From contig NC_135901.1 in the NCBI RefSeq assembly GCF_964194155.1, positions 10,912,001 through 10,976,000 of the forward strand: 64,000 nt of DNA, in the 5' to 3' direction. Below, piece by piece: positions 49,715 through 60,399 of the stretch. A program made the position numbers and the translations under genes. The stretch comes from Cetorhinus maximus (taxonomy: Eukaryota). The notes beneath the pieces were generated by a model. The model was not told where the DNA came from. It saw only the letters and a list, made by a program, of their open reading frames with translations, and ran no database searches. The first letter of the stretch is position 1. Each line of letters starts with the position of its first letter.

Positions 49715-50445
49715 TAGGGGATGGCTATTTAGTCCCTCGTGCCTGTTCCACCATGAAATGAAAACGTGGCTGATCTGTGATCTAACTCTATACACTTGCC
49801 TTTGCTCCACATCCATTAATACCTTTGGTTAACAAAGATTGTTCAATGTCAGATTTAACATTAACATTGATCTTGCATCAACTGCTGTTTGTGGAACAGA
49901 GTTCCTCACTTCTACCTACCTTTGTGTGCAGAGGTGTTTGCTAACTTCACTTCTGAAAGGTTCAGCTCTCATGTTTACATTATGCCCACTATTGCGTTGA
50001 TATCCTCTTTAACCAGCAATGCAATTCCACCACCTTTTCCTTTTTGTCTGACCTTCCTAAACACTGAATACCCCTGGATGTTCAGTTCTCATCCCTGGTT
50101 GATGCAAGATCAATGTTAATGTTAAATCTGACATTGAACAATCTTTGTTAACCAAAGGTATTAATGACATTGAACAGTCCCAGATTCCCCAACTGGTGGA
50201 AATTGTTTCTCTCTATCTATCCACTCAGTTCCAATTAATATTTTGACAACTTTGATCAAATCACCCCTTAATCTTCTAAATTCCAGTGAATACAACCCAA
50301 CTTTGTGTCATGTCGCCTCACAATTTAACACTTGGAGTCCAGGTATCGTTCAGGTAAGTCTGTGCTGCACTCCCTCCAAGGAAAATGTATCCTTCCTGCC
50401 CAGAACTGAACACCGTTCTCCAGATGTCGTCTGACCAGGGCTTTG
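49715..50445 (-). mobile_element. CR1 3' fragment interrupted by a complex insertion (49988-50176)
   Basis: Minus strand LEFRRLRGDLIKVVKILIG; CR1 3'UTR at 49715-49900. Confidence 0.75.
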
Positions 50446-50829
50446 TGTATCCAGATGCTTTTCCAGTCACAGTGATACCTGAAATTAATTTATTAGGAGA
50501 GATGACTGAAACTCGGATTGTGTTTCCAGGAATTTATCCAAGATAGAGAGAAATTATTTCTGTTAACTGGGGAGTTGTGGACTAGGGGCATAGTCTAAAA
50601 ATTGTAGCCAGGTCTTTCAGATTGAAATGGGGTAACAATTGTTGACACAAAAACAAAAGTTTGGAATTCTCTCCCACAAATGACAATTCCCTCACCAATA
50701 TGGCCACCCATTTACACCCCCACCCCCCACCTTCCCCTCCCAAGATGGTGACAGGCAGTTGCCTGCATAAACCAGGCCTCTTACCAGGGTTTCCAGTCCC
50801 ACAGCCACCATGTTTTTTTTAATTCTATG

Positions 50830-51122
50830 ATGGGTTGTGGGCATTGCCCATTCCTAATAGCCCTGGAACTGAGTGGCTTGCTGGACGGTTTCAGAGTGAA
50901 CCACTTCACTGTGGGTCTGGAGTCACATGTAGGTTGGCAGATTTCCTTCCCTGAAGGGGCGCTGGTGAACCAGATGAGGTTTTAAAACAACCCATGATAG
51001 TTTTATGGTCACTATTTCCGAGACGAGGTTTATATTCCAGATTTATTCGCTGAATTGAATCCATATCCTCAGAACAGGGTCTCTGGGTTTCTAGCCCAGT
51101 GACATTACCACTAGGCCATCGT
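50830..51122 (-). mobile_element. Near full-length tRNA-derived SINE
   Basis: Minus strand A-box TGGCCTAGTGG, B-box-like GGATTCAATTC, 3' tail AGGGCTATTAGGAATGGGCAATGCCCACA matching the LINE end at 28950-29000. Confidence 0.7.
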
Positions 51123-51135
51123 CTCCCCGAGCCCC

Positions 51136-51290
51136 GAGCTCGCGCGCGGTTTCCAGGCTCTCCCCGGTTCATAATCTCCACCCGCCCTCTGAGCTCGCGC
51201 GCGGTTTCCAGGCTCCCCCCGGTTCATAATCTCCACCCGCCCTCTGAGCTCGCGCGCGGTTTCCAGGCTCCCCCCGTTCACAACCTCCAG
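51136..51290. repeat. 55-bp GC-rich tandem repeat, ~2.8 copies
   Basis: GAGCTCGCGCGCGGTTTCCAGGCTC... starts at 51136, 51191 and 51246. Confidence 0.95.
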
Positions 51291-51299
51291 CCGTCGGCT

Positions 51300-51630
51300 T
51301 CATTTCTCACCCTTTGTGATCTTAACCCGACCGCCTTCTTCCAGCTCCGATTCCAGTTCTGCGCATGCTTCAGTCGCAGCCTAGCCCCGCCCCTCCATCA
51401 CTCCGATTGGCTCGAGAACCAAACGCAGCCGCGGACACGCCCCCTCCTGCTATTGGCCTGTCGCTGCTGTCAATCAGCCGGGCATTGTGAGCTGACAGGT
51501 GGGAGGTCACTGTCGGGAGCGGGTTAATAAACCCCGGGCGGGGGGGGCGGGGTTTACAAATCCCGAATGCGGCGCCAGTTAAGCAATGAACATTCTCCAC
51601 TCTCACTATCCGCCGCTTCCGGCTTCTCTC
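51300..51630. promoter_or_regulatory. CpG-island promoter, probably driving the minus-strand 12-finger gene
   Basis: TGCGCATGC (51360), GC boxes (51385, ~51543), ATTGG at ~51406 and ~51453, CTGTCAATCA (51467), CTTCCGG (51616); minus-strand donor AGG/GTGAGA at ~51310. Confidence 0.75.
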
Positions 51631-51667
51631 TGAATCCTCCCAATATACTGAACACCAATGTGTTCAC

Positions 51668-51745
51668 TCTGTTCCAATATTCTGAATGTGAGAATACCTT
51701 TACAAAAAGCAATGACCTGCTGAGACACCAGCGTATTCACACTGC
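51668..51745 (+). pseudogene. Single degenerate C2H2 finger remnant
   Basis: FQYSECENTFTKSNDLLRHQRIHT (first Cys replaced by Tyr). Confidence 0.6.
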
Positions 51746-52359
51746 ACTCTCACTGAGACTCACAGTGATGGAAAACTGTCTCACCCCTGTACACAAACTG
51801 CCTTTGGACTGTGGCTGGGAGCTCCTGTCTGTTGGGTGTCAGATAGAAACTCGGCTTAAACTGTCACCCAACTGTCTCCAGGAGCAGCTGAGAAAACAAA
51901 CTGTAGAATCCAATCGGACAGAATGACCCATCAGACAATCAATGTACAGGTTAAACCTTCCTTCCAGCCTCTGATCAAACACTTCTCCCTTTAAAACCAG
52001 GGTTCAATGTTCAGATACACACCGAGACAGAGATTGCTGACACTCAAGAACACTTCCCAGTGTCAAATAATCAGTCTGTTGTGAGTCCTTCACACAAGGG
52101 GCTGCTTCCTGGCTCCGTCTCCATGTGTGTCAGCTCACAAGGGCGTGACTCAGCACCGTGTCAGCATCTGACCGCCCCTATATCACGCTTCAGCAGCTGG
52201 GGCCCAGGCATCCAGAGTGGGGGAAGTTCTGTATGAGAGTTTCACTGTTTTCTGTCACTGTGAGCCTCAGGGAGCAGCAGTACACTGCAGCGTCGGTCAG
52301 CTGCAGCCCCCACATAGTTAATGTGGTTAATTTAGTCCGATTTCGAGCTCTGCAATTTG

Positions 52360-53092
52360 GCAAATTGGATCCAAAATTGGCTTAGTGGCAGGAGGCAGAG
52401 GGTGATGGTCCAAAGTTGTTTTTGTGATTGGAAGGCTGTGATGAGTGGTATACCTCAGGGATACTTGCCTTTTTTAGTCGAGGCATAGAATATAAGAGCA
52501 GGGGGGTTATGTTGGAGCTGTATAAAACACTAGTTGGGCCACATCTGGAGTAATCTGTGCAATTCTGGGCGCCACACTATAGGAAGGATGTGATTGCACT
52601 GGAGAGGGTGCAGAGGAGATTCACCAGGATGTTGCCTAGGCTAGAGTGTTTCAGCTATAAAGGGAGACTGGATCGGCTAGGGCTGTTTTCCTTAGAGCAG
52701 AGAAGGCTGAGTGGGGACCTGATAGAGGTGTACAAAATTATGAGGGGCATAGATAGGGTAGATAAGAAGAAACTTTTCCCCTCAGCGGAGGTGTCAATAA
52801 CCAGGGGGCGGAGATTTAAGGTAAGGGGCAGGATCTTTAGAGGGGATTTGAGGAAAAATATTTTCACACAGGGGATGGTTGGAATCTGCAACACACTGCC
52901 TGAGGGGGTGGTAGAGGCAGGAACCCTGACAACATTTAAGAAGTATTTTGGTGAGTACTTAAAACGCCATTACATACAGGGCTGCGGGCCAAGTGCTGGA
53001 AATAGGATTAGAATAGATAGGTGCTTGATGGCCAGCATGGACGCAATGGGCCGAAGGGCCTTTTTCTGTGCTGTATAATTCTATGACTCTCT
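52360..53092 (+). mobile_element. CR1 3' portion
   Basis: ORF 52557-53078 QFWAPHYRKDVIALERVQRRFTRMLP; tail ATTCTATGACTCT. Confidence 0.92.
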
Positions 53093-54169
53093 GACCCCGA
53101 GCCTGCTCACAGGAGGGATGGTTCCACTGTTACAGACCGAGTGGGAATGACATTCTATTGTGACATTGTGAAAGTTTAATGACATTCTGACGATGCCGGC
53201 ACACATGAGGTCTACGATTTTAAGGTGCAAGATGGTGTGGCATTACTTTCCTCATCATCTGTCATAAGAGGATCCCCTCCACTATCCACTTTGTCTTGGT
53301 TATATTGACATGAAATAATAGTAATGATCGCCATCATCATCATCATTGAAACCTCTGATGAGTCTCTGGAAAGTCAGCGAGCTCTCTGCAACAGAGAAGA
53401 TTCCCCACATGTCAAACTTGAAGGTGGATGTTTGAATCTTGATAAACAACATTAAGTTCACAACCATCATGTTACCAGATATCCGTAATCACAGACAAGT
53501 GATATGTCAGTAGCACGTGTATCACTGAGCCCTCAGTGAACCACTGGGTGCATGGGCTGAAACCAAGTTCAAATAATCCCAAAGCATCTCTCTTACCGTG
53601 TTCAGTTAATGCTGAGCAGATAGACACATTCTCAGTTATAATACTGAGAGGAACTTTTCAGTCATTTCAAATTGGAGACTGATGAAAATAGAATGAAGGA
53701 ACATTTGAGAAAAAGAAACTCATCGTGACCATTGGAATGTGTTCTGTCTCGTTCACTGAAAGGCCGAATGAGTGGTCAGCAAAAGGTTCCAATGCAGCAG
53801 GTTGGTCGAGTGATTATGGTGTTGGACTTAGGTTCAGTCAACGAATGCTCAAGTGGAATTGAGCCTCCCACACCCAACCTCCTCCTGGGAGTTTTTTTGC
53901 CAGGGTTGTTCCTGCTTTTGTTGAGCGAGGAAGATGGAAGTAAGGGAACGATGCTGCTAGGCAGATCAGCAATTCTCTTAGTGAATTCAGAGTAGCGTCA
54001 AGGGGTTGAATGACACCCTCCTGTTTCTATTGAAGGACAATATATTTTCCAAAGACTGTAAAGAGTGGGATTGATGGAGAATGGAGAATGATGCAGAATG
54101 AGAAAGACAGATATATAGAAAGAGAGAAAGTTAGGTTGGCAGAGAGAAGTAATGATCAATTTATTTCCT

Positions 54170-54640
54170 AAAAAAGGCAGGTTGGGCACAGAGAGCTTTT
54201 GTAAGAATATTTTGTATCTGTCTTTACCAAGGAAGAAGATGCTATATGGCCACGGTGAAAGAGGAGGTAAGTAAAACACTAGAAGTATTTAAAATTGATA
54301 GGAAGAAGAGACTAGATAGACAGTCAATATTTAAAGTTAATAATGCACCAGGACTGGATGAGTTGCATCCATGGATAATGAGGGAAGTGAGAGTGGAAAT
54401 TTCAGAGGCACTGGCCATAATTTTCCAATTTCACTTAGACTCAGAGGTGGTTCCAGAGGACTGGAGGATTGCAAACGTTATAACTTTGTTGAAAAAAAGT
54501 AAAGATAAGCCCAATAACTACAGGCCAGTCAGTTTAACCTCCGTGGTGGGGAAAATTCTAGAAGCAATGATTCGGGATAAAATTAATAATCACATCGATA
54601 AATGTGGGTTAATTGAGGAAAACCAGCACGAATTTAATCT
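54170..54640 (+). mobile_element. CR1 ORF2 internal fragment
   Basis: APGLDELHP...VPEDWRIANV...NYRPVSLTSVVGKILE...NQHEF. Confidence 0.88.
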
Positions 54641-54714
54641 TATTTATTGGCCATCCGACCCCAGTGTGAAAGCAAAGAAAAACCTGTTCATAATTGGGGT
54701 TCTCTATGGCAGCA

Positions 54715-55030
54715 TTTTTACCCAGCATCCCCCGCGGTGGAGAATGTCCCCTGTCCATTACCACAGAGGAGCAGTGCGCAAGCGCAGTGCTGCCCAGTGT
54801 TGGGAGCATGCGCAGTGTCAGATGACCAGGGACAGACGCTTCTCTCCCGGATGCACAATGGGTAGAGGGGGGGATGGCGGGGGCGGAAAGAGCGATGGAT
54901 CCGGCGGGTGGACGGAGAGGCTCCGGAAACATGTTGTGTAAACTGCAAACCCCAAATGAGAAGCTACCGGTTCTCCGTTTGCACAGAGCGGAGCCGAGAG
55001 GAAATGTCCCGGTGACAAACCCAGAGCAGG
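54715..55030 (+). promoter_or_regulatory. CpG-rich promoter for the ZNF at 55963
   Basis: TGCGCAAGCGCA (54774), GAGCATGCGCA (~54804), GGGGCGG, CCGGAAA; homologous to 3530-3700. Confidence 0.72.
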
Positions 55031-55962
55031 AGGGGAGAATGTTGTGAATTTCTATCCTGGACTGACAGGGATGGGTTTTGGAAACTCCTTTCACAGGGGG
55101 TTAGAAGAGGAGGATTTACACACAGCAAACTCAAACCGAGAGAAATGTGTGTCTCTTCTCAATTTCTATCCTGGGCCAACTGATGAATTTTGTAAACCAA
55201 AAAAAAAATTACAGGTGTTGGGAAGGTTTGGGTTGGGGCATTTTTTCTTTAGAAAAAGGGAGAGGGAGGAGCTGATAGAGGGCTTTACAATGATCAATGG
55301 GTTGGACGGGGTAGATATGGAGACAATGTTTCCACTTGAAATGTCTTCACTCAGAGAGTGGTGAGAATATGGAACTCACAGGAAACCATTGAGGGAGAAA
55401 AATTGTGATAGTTTCAACAGGAGACTAGATGAGTACATGGAAGAAAAGGGATTAGAAAGATAAGCTGAAAGGCTGAGATGATTTGCATGAAATGGGGGGA
55501 GAAGCATAAAACTAGCAGAACAGTTGGACAGAATGGCCTGTTTGTCTGTTGCATATTTTGAGTATTTCAATTTAAACTTCATTTACAGGGTATTCGGAGG
55601 GTTGGATTTGCAGATGGGAAATTCAAACCAAACATCACATCAAGATCTGACAGAGTCACTTGATTCATCAGGATCCGAATATCATTGGCCTTTGAATGTG
55701 CAAGGAGAAATGTTTGGCTGTTCTATCTGTGGGAAAATGTTTCAAACATCAGTGTGACTGGAAAAGCACGAAGACAGACACACACACCCCGAGTGAGAGT
55801 TTTCCAGTGAACTGACTGTGGAAAGAGCTTTAACCAGTTACACAGCCTGAAAAAACATCACACTGTTCACAGCGGGAAGGGACTGTACACGTGTTGTGTG
55901 TGGGTGTGGGGCTGGGCTTCAACTGGTCGTCCAACCTGGGGACACACAAGGACACCCGCACT

Positions 55963-57111
55963 ATGGGGAAACCATGGAAATGTGGGGACTGTGGGAAGGG
56001 TTTCAATTCCCCATCTGAGGTGGAAACTCATCGACGCAGTCACACTGGGGAGAGACCGTTCACTTGCTCCGTGTGTGGGAAGGGATTCACTCAGTCATCC
56101 AGTCTCTACACACACCAGCATGTTCATACTGGCAAGAGGCCATTCACCTGCCTTGAATGTGGAAAGGGATTTAATGCTTTGTCAAACCTCCGGACTCACC
56201 ATCGTGCTCACTCTGATGAGAGACCGTTTAAATGTTCTGACTGTGAGAAGAGATTTATAAGCAGAAAGGATCTACTGACACACCAACACACTCACACTGG
56301 GGAGAGGCCATTCACCTGCAATGTGTGTAGGAAAGGATTCACTCAGTCATCCCACGTCCTGACACACCAACTTGTTCACACTGATAAGAGACCTTTTAAA
56401 TGTTCTGACTGTGAGAAGAGCTTTAAAAGTAAAAAGGATTTACTGAACCATGAACACATTCACACTGGCGAGAGGCCATTCACCTGCTCCGTGTGTGGGA
56501 AGAGATTCATTTCTTCATCCCACCTTCTGACACACCAATTTGTTCACACCGAGCAGAGACCTTTTAATTGTCCTGACTGTGAGAAAAAATTTAAAAGCAG
56601 AAAGGATCTTCTGAAACACCAACACACTCACACTGGGGAGAGGCCATTCATCTGCTCTATCTGTGGGAAGGGATTCACTCGGTTAGCCCACCTGCTGAGA
56701 CACCATCGAGTTCACACTGGGGAGAGGCCATTCACCTGCAGTGAATGTGAACAGGAATTCATTGATTCATCTGACCTTCTGATACACCAGCGAGTTCATA
56801 CTGGGGAGAGACCATATACTTGCCTTGAGTGTGGCAAAAGATTCACTCAGTCATCTCATCTCACTACACATCAACTTGTTCACACTGATCAGAGACCTTT
56901 TAAACGTTCTGACTGTGAGAAGAGATTTAAAAGTAAACAGAATCTGCTGACACACCAGCGAGTTCATACTGGGGAGAGGCTGTTCACCTACTCCGTGTGT
57001 GGGAAGAGATTCGCTCAGTCAAACAACCTGCTGAGACGCCAGCAAGTTCATATGCGACAGCAGGGGTTGGATTCTGATGTAATTGCTACATTTATTCACA
57101 TGCAGGACTGA
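55963..57111 (+). CDS. Tandem C2H2 zinc-finger protein, 11 intact plus 2 degenerate C-terminal fingers
   Basis: ACT-ATG-G start (MGKPWKC) within open frame 55891-57111; acceptor TTTACAG ending at 55588. Confidence 0.9.
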   Translation: MGKPWKCGDCGKGFNSPSEVETHRRSHTGERPFTCSVCGKGFTQSSSLYTHQHVHTGKRPFTCLECGKGFNALSNLRTHHRAHSDERPFKCSDCEKRFISRKDLLTHQHTHTGERPFTCNVCRKGFTQSSHVLTHQLVHTDKRPFKCSDCEKSFKSKKDLLNHEHIHTGERPFTCSVCGKRFISSSHLLTHQFVHTEQRPFNCPDCEKKFKSRKDLLKHQHTHTGERPFICSICGKGFTRLAHLLRHHRVHTGERPFTCSECEQEFIDSSDLLIHQRVHTGERPYTCLECGKRFTQSSHLTTHQLVHTDQRPFKRSDCEKRFKSKQNLLTHQRVHTGERLFTYSVCGKRFAQSNNLLRRQQVHMRQQGLDSDVIATFIHMQD

Positions 57112-57119
57112 ATCATGTC

Positions 57120-58960
57120 TGGATGCCTGTTTTCAGTTTTCAGTGGGGTTCCACAATTTGTAGTTTATATCAATGATTTAGACTTAAATGTAGGGGCAAT
57201 GAGCAAGAAGATTGCAGATGATGTCAACATTGCTGGTGTGGTTGACAATGAGGAAGAAAGCTGTGGACTGCAGGAAAACATCAATGGACTGGTCAGATGA
57301 GCAGAGCAGAAAATTGGTAAATGTAAATCAATCTGGAGCAGTGTGTGATAATGAAATTGGGGAGGGCAAACAAGAGAAGGGAATGAAAATAAAAGGGATG
57401 ACGCTGAGAACTACAGAGGAACAGAGAGACCTCGGAGTGCACATCCACAGATCCCTGAATGTGGCTAGACAGGTAGATCAGGTGGTCAGGAAGGCATTTG
57501 GGACACTTTCTTGCCTGAGGCCTAGAATATAAGAGCAGGGAGATTATGTTAGAATTGTGTAAAACACTTGTTAGAGCACAGCTAGAGTACTGAGTATGGC
57601 CTTGGTCACTGCATTAATCAACTATAAAGTAATCAATTAGCCTAAAACTAAAGACAAATTGATAATTTATCATAGAATTGCAGTCAGTATTCAATTAATC
57701 AAATCTAGGGGATAATGATAAAGCTAACTAACAATGGGTTGAAACAGTGAAGAAGTCTGATTTTTTCAGTAAATTAAACTCTGAGGTGTTTAGATGATAA
57801 GAGTTAAGAAAAACATTTTTGTTAATTCCCTCTAAAAAAATAAGGTGACTTTAGCACAATGGAAGAAGCTGATTGGTGGGTAGCTGATGAATCTTTATTT
57901 ATTTTAATGATTAGCTTATTTTGTTTAAATGAGTTAATAATCAGATAAATAAAGGCATGGCAGGGCATCTAATTCCTGTAGAGTGCGCATCCAGTTCCAT
58001 GTGGGAAAATCAGGATGCATCTCTGTGCTGGACAATCACAAGTGCAGGAAGTGTCATCAGCTGGAGCAGCGGGAGGCAAAGGGGAATGGTCAAGAGGTGG
58101 TTTTGGGACCACAAGGCTGTTTCCAGTGGAGTTCTGGATGGCTCAGCACAGGATTCCATGCTTCTGTGGTATATATCACTGCTTTAGACTTTAACATGGG
58201 GACATGATTAAGACATTTTCAACCTTGTCATTAACAGTGAGAAAGAAAGCTGTAGACTGTCGGAAGGTGTCAATAGAATGATCAGGTGGGCAGAAAAGTA
58301 GCAAATGGAGATCATCCTCGAGAAGTGTGAGGTAATAAATACATTTGGGGAGGGCAAACATGGCAAAGGGAAAGAATATTACTGGTATGATGGTGAGAAG
58401 TGTAGGTGAACAGAGGGACATTGGAGTGCATGTCCACAGATCCCTGAAGGGGACAGGCGAGGTAGATAAGGTGTTTAAAAAGGCAGACAGGATACTTTCT
58501 GTTATTAACTGAGACATAGAATACAAGAACAGGGAATATTTCTAGCATTTTCGGTTGATGAAAGATCACAGACCTGAAACTCCTCTCTCTCCATAGATGC
58601 TGCCAGAGCTGCTGAGTATTTCCAGCGTTTTCTGTTTTTATTATATGATCAGGGAGGTTATACTAGAGCTGAATAAACAACTAGTTGGACCACAGCTGGA
58701 CTACTGAGTACAGTTCTGGTCAGTGCATTACAGGAAGGATGTGTTCACACCAGAGAGGGTACGGAGGAGATTTATGAGGATATTGACAGGAATGGCGAAT
58801 TTTAACGATAAGGTTGGGGTTGTTTTCTTTGGAACAGAGGAGGCTGAGGGGAGATTTAACTGAGGTGTATAAAATTATGAGGGGCACAGATAGAGTGGAT
58901 AGGAAGGACTTATTTCTGTTAACAGAGATATCAATGACTAGAGGGCTTAGATTTAAACTA
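57120..58960 (+). mobile_element. Mosaic of CR1 fragments (two ORF2 3' pieces and a 5'UTR/ORF1 start at ~57620-58070)
   Basis: FVVYINDLD..IADD, EEQRDLGVHIHRSL twice; MAGHLIPVECASSSMWE...CRKCHQLE. Confidence 0.8.
58548..58642 (+). mobile_element. Short hammerhead-family-B repeat, degenerate, nested in CR1
   Basis: TTGATGAAAGATCACAGACCTGAAAC...GATGCTGCCAGAGCTGCTGAGTATTTCCAGC. Confidence 0.6.
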
Positions 58961-59183
58961 ATTAGCAGATGGTAACCCCCAGGATGTTGATAGTGGGGGA
59001 TACAGCGGTGGGCGATGGTTGGATTCTCTATTTTTGGAGATGGTCATTGCCTGACACTTGTGTGGCGTGAATGTTACTTGCCATTTGTCAGCCAAAACCT
59101 GGATATTGTCCAGGTCTTGCTGCATTTGGACATGGACTGTTTCAGTATCTGAGGAGTCACGAGTGGTGCTGAACATTGTGAAT

Positions 59184-59217
59184 TGTCCTGATGAGTGCAA
59201 GACAAAAAGCTTAGTCA
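59184..59217 (+). ncRNA. Hammerhead motif family A, GAAA box mutated (probably inactive)
   Basis: UGUC CUGAUGA G-UGCAAGA-C AAAA AGCU UA GUCA. Confidence 0.55.
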
Positions 59218-59689
59218 TGTCTCTTTTTTCACCAATCTTCTGTAATGTGGCTGGTGTTTACTATTTTAATACATCAAATAAATCAGCTTTGTTTCAAATA
59301 TACAGCGCGTCGTGTGTTTGGTCTCTCTGAGATATCACGAGCGTGTTCCCTTAAATCCACTCAGGAAATGTCTTTAACAGGAAACCAACAATTAAACACA
59401 TCACATCAAATAATTGGCAAAAATCAGGAACCACTTTTTATTCAATAAGTTATGACCTGAGACGTTCTGCCTGAAAGGGGATAGGAGCAGATTCAATAAC
59501 AACTTTCCAAAGTGAGTTAGATCTCCAGTTAAAAGGTAAAGTCTGCAGGGCTCTGGGGAAAGGGCAGGGGAGTGTGGGCTAATTGTCAGCTCTTTCAAAG
59601 GTGATCACAACCCTATAAGGCAGCTCTATGTCGACAGGAGAAAGGCTGGTGTTCAACTCTCTGAGATAACAAGGAAGTTATGAGAAATC

Positions 59690-60256
59690 AGAACAAAACA
59701 CTGGTTCAACCTCAACTGGAGTATTGTGTCCAATTCTGGATACCACACTTTAGGAAGGATGTGAAGGTATTGAAGAGGATGCAGAACAGATTATTGAGAA
59801 TGGATCCAGGGATGAGAAACTGCAGTTATGAGGATAGATTGGAAAAGATGGGGCTGATCTGTTTAGAGAAAAGAAGATTCAGAGGAGATTTGATAGAAAT
59901 GCTCAAAATCATGAGGGATCTGGACAGAGTAGACAGGGAGAAACGATTCCTAGTGGCAGAAGGGCTGAGGACCAGAGGACATGGGTTAAAGATGAATTGA
60001 AAAAGAAGCAATGGTGACATGAGGAAAACCCTGTTTATGCAGTGAGTGGTTAGAATCTGGAGTGCACTGACTGAGAGTGTGGTGGAGGAAGGTTCAATCA
60101 TGCCTTTCAAACAGAATTGGATAATTATCTGAACAGAAAAAATGTGCAGGGCCGGGGAGTGGGACTGGCTGAGTAGCTCTTTCGGAAAGCTGGCATGGGC
60201 AAGGACATGATGGGCCGAATGACCTCCTTCTATGCTGTAACCATTCTATGATTCTA
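59690..60256 (+). mobile_element. CR1 3' portion
   Basis: KTLVQPQLEYCVQFW...; tail ATTCTATGATTCT. Confidence 0.9.
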
Positions 60257-60399
60257 ATGAAGGCTGTGGGGAAAGGGCAGGGGAGTGGGACTCATTGGCA
60301 GCTCCTTCAAAGGTGGTCCCAGCCCTACAATGCAGCTCCATATTGAAAAGAGGCAGTCTGATGTCCAACTCTCCAAGAATAAAGAAAGATCTCAACTCT

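Noticed and set aside
51070-51122. tRNA gene
   Set aside because: A/B-box-like motifs only, no cloverleaf; it is the SINE head
53350-53385. CTGATGAGTCTCTGGAAA as a hammerhead
   Set aside because: No closing stem II pair and no stem I or III complementarity
54246-54941. 231-aa ORF as a gene
   Set aside because: Chance fusion of a CR1 ORF2 fragment with promoter sequence
8041-57111. 84-bp periodic repeats as CRISPR-like or satellite arrays
   Set aside because: These are the 28-codon C2H2 finger repeats of eukaryotic genes
59550-60390. Diverged ~125-bp direct repeats (59550-59680, 60262-60390) as LTRs
   Set aside because: No TG...CA ends, PBS or PPT; partly CR1 3'UTR-like, most likely an old local duplication
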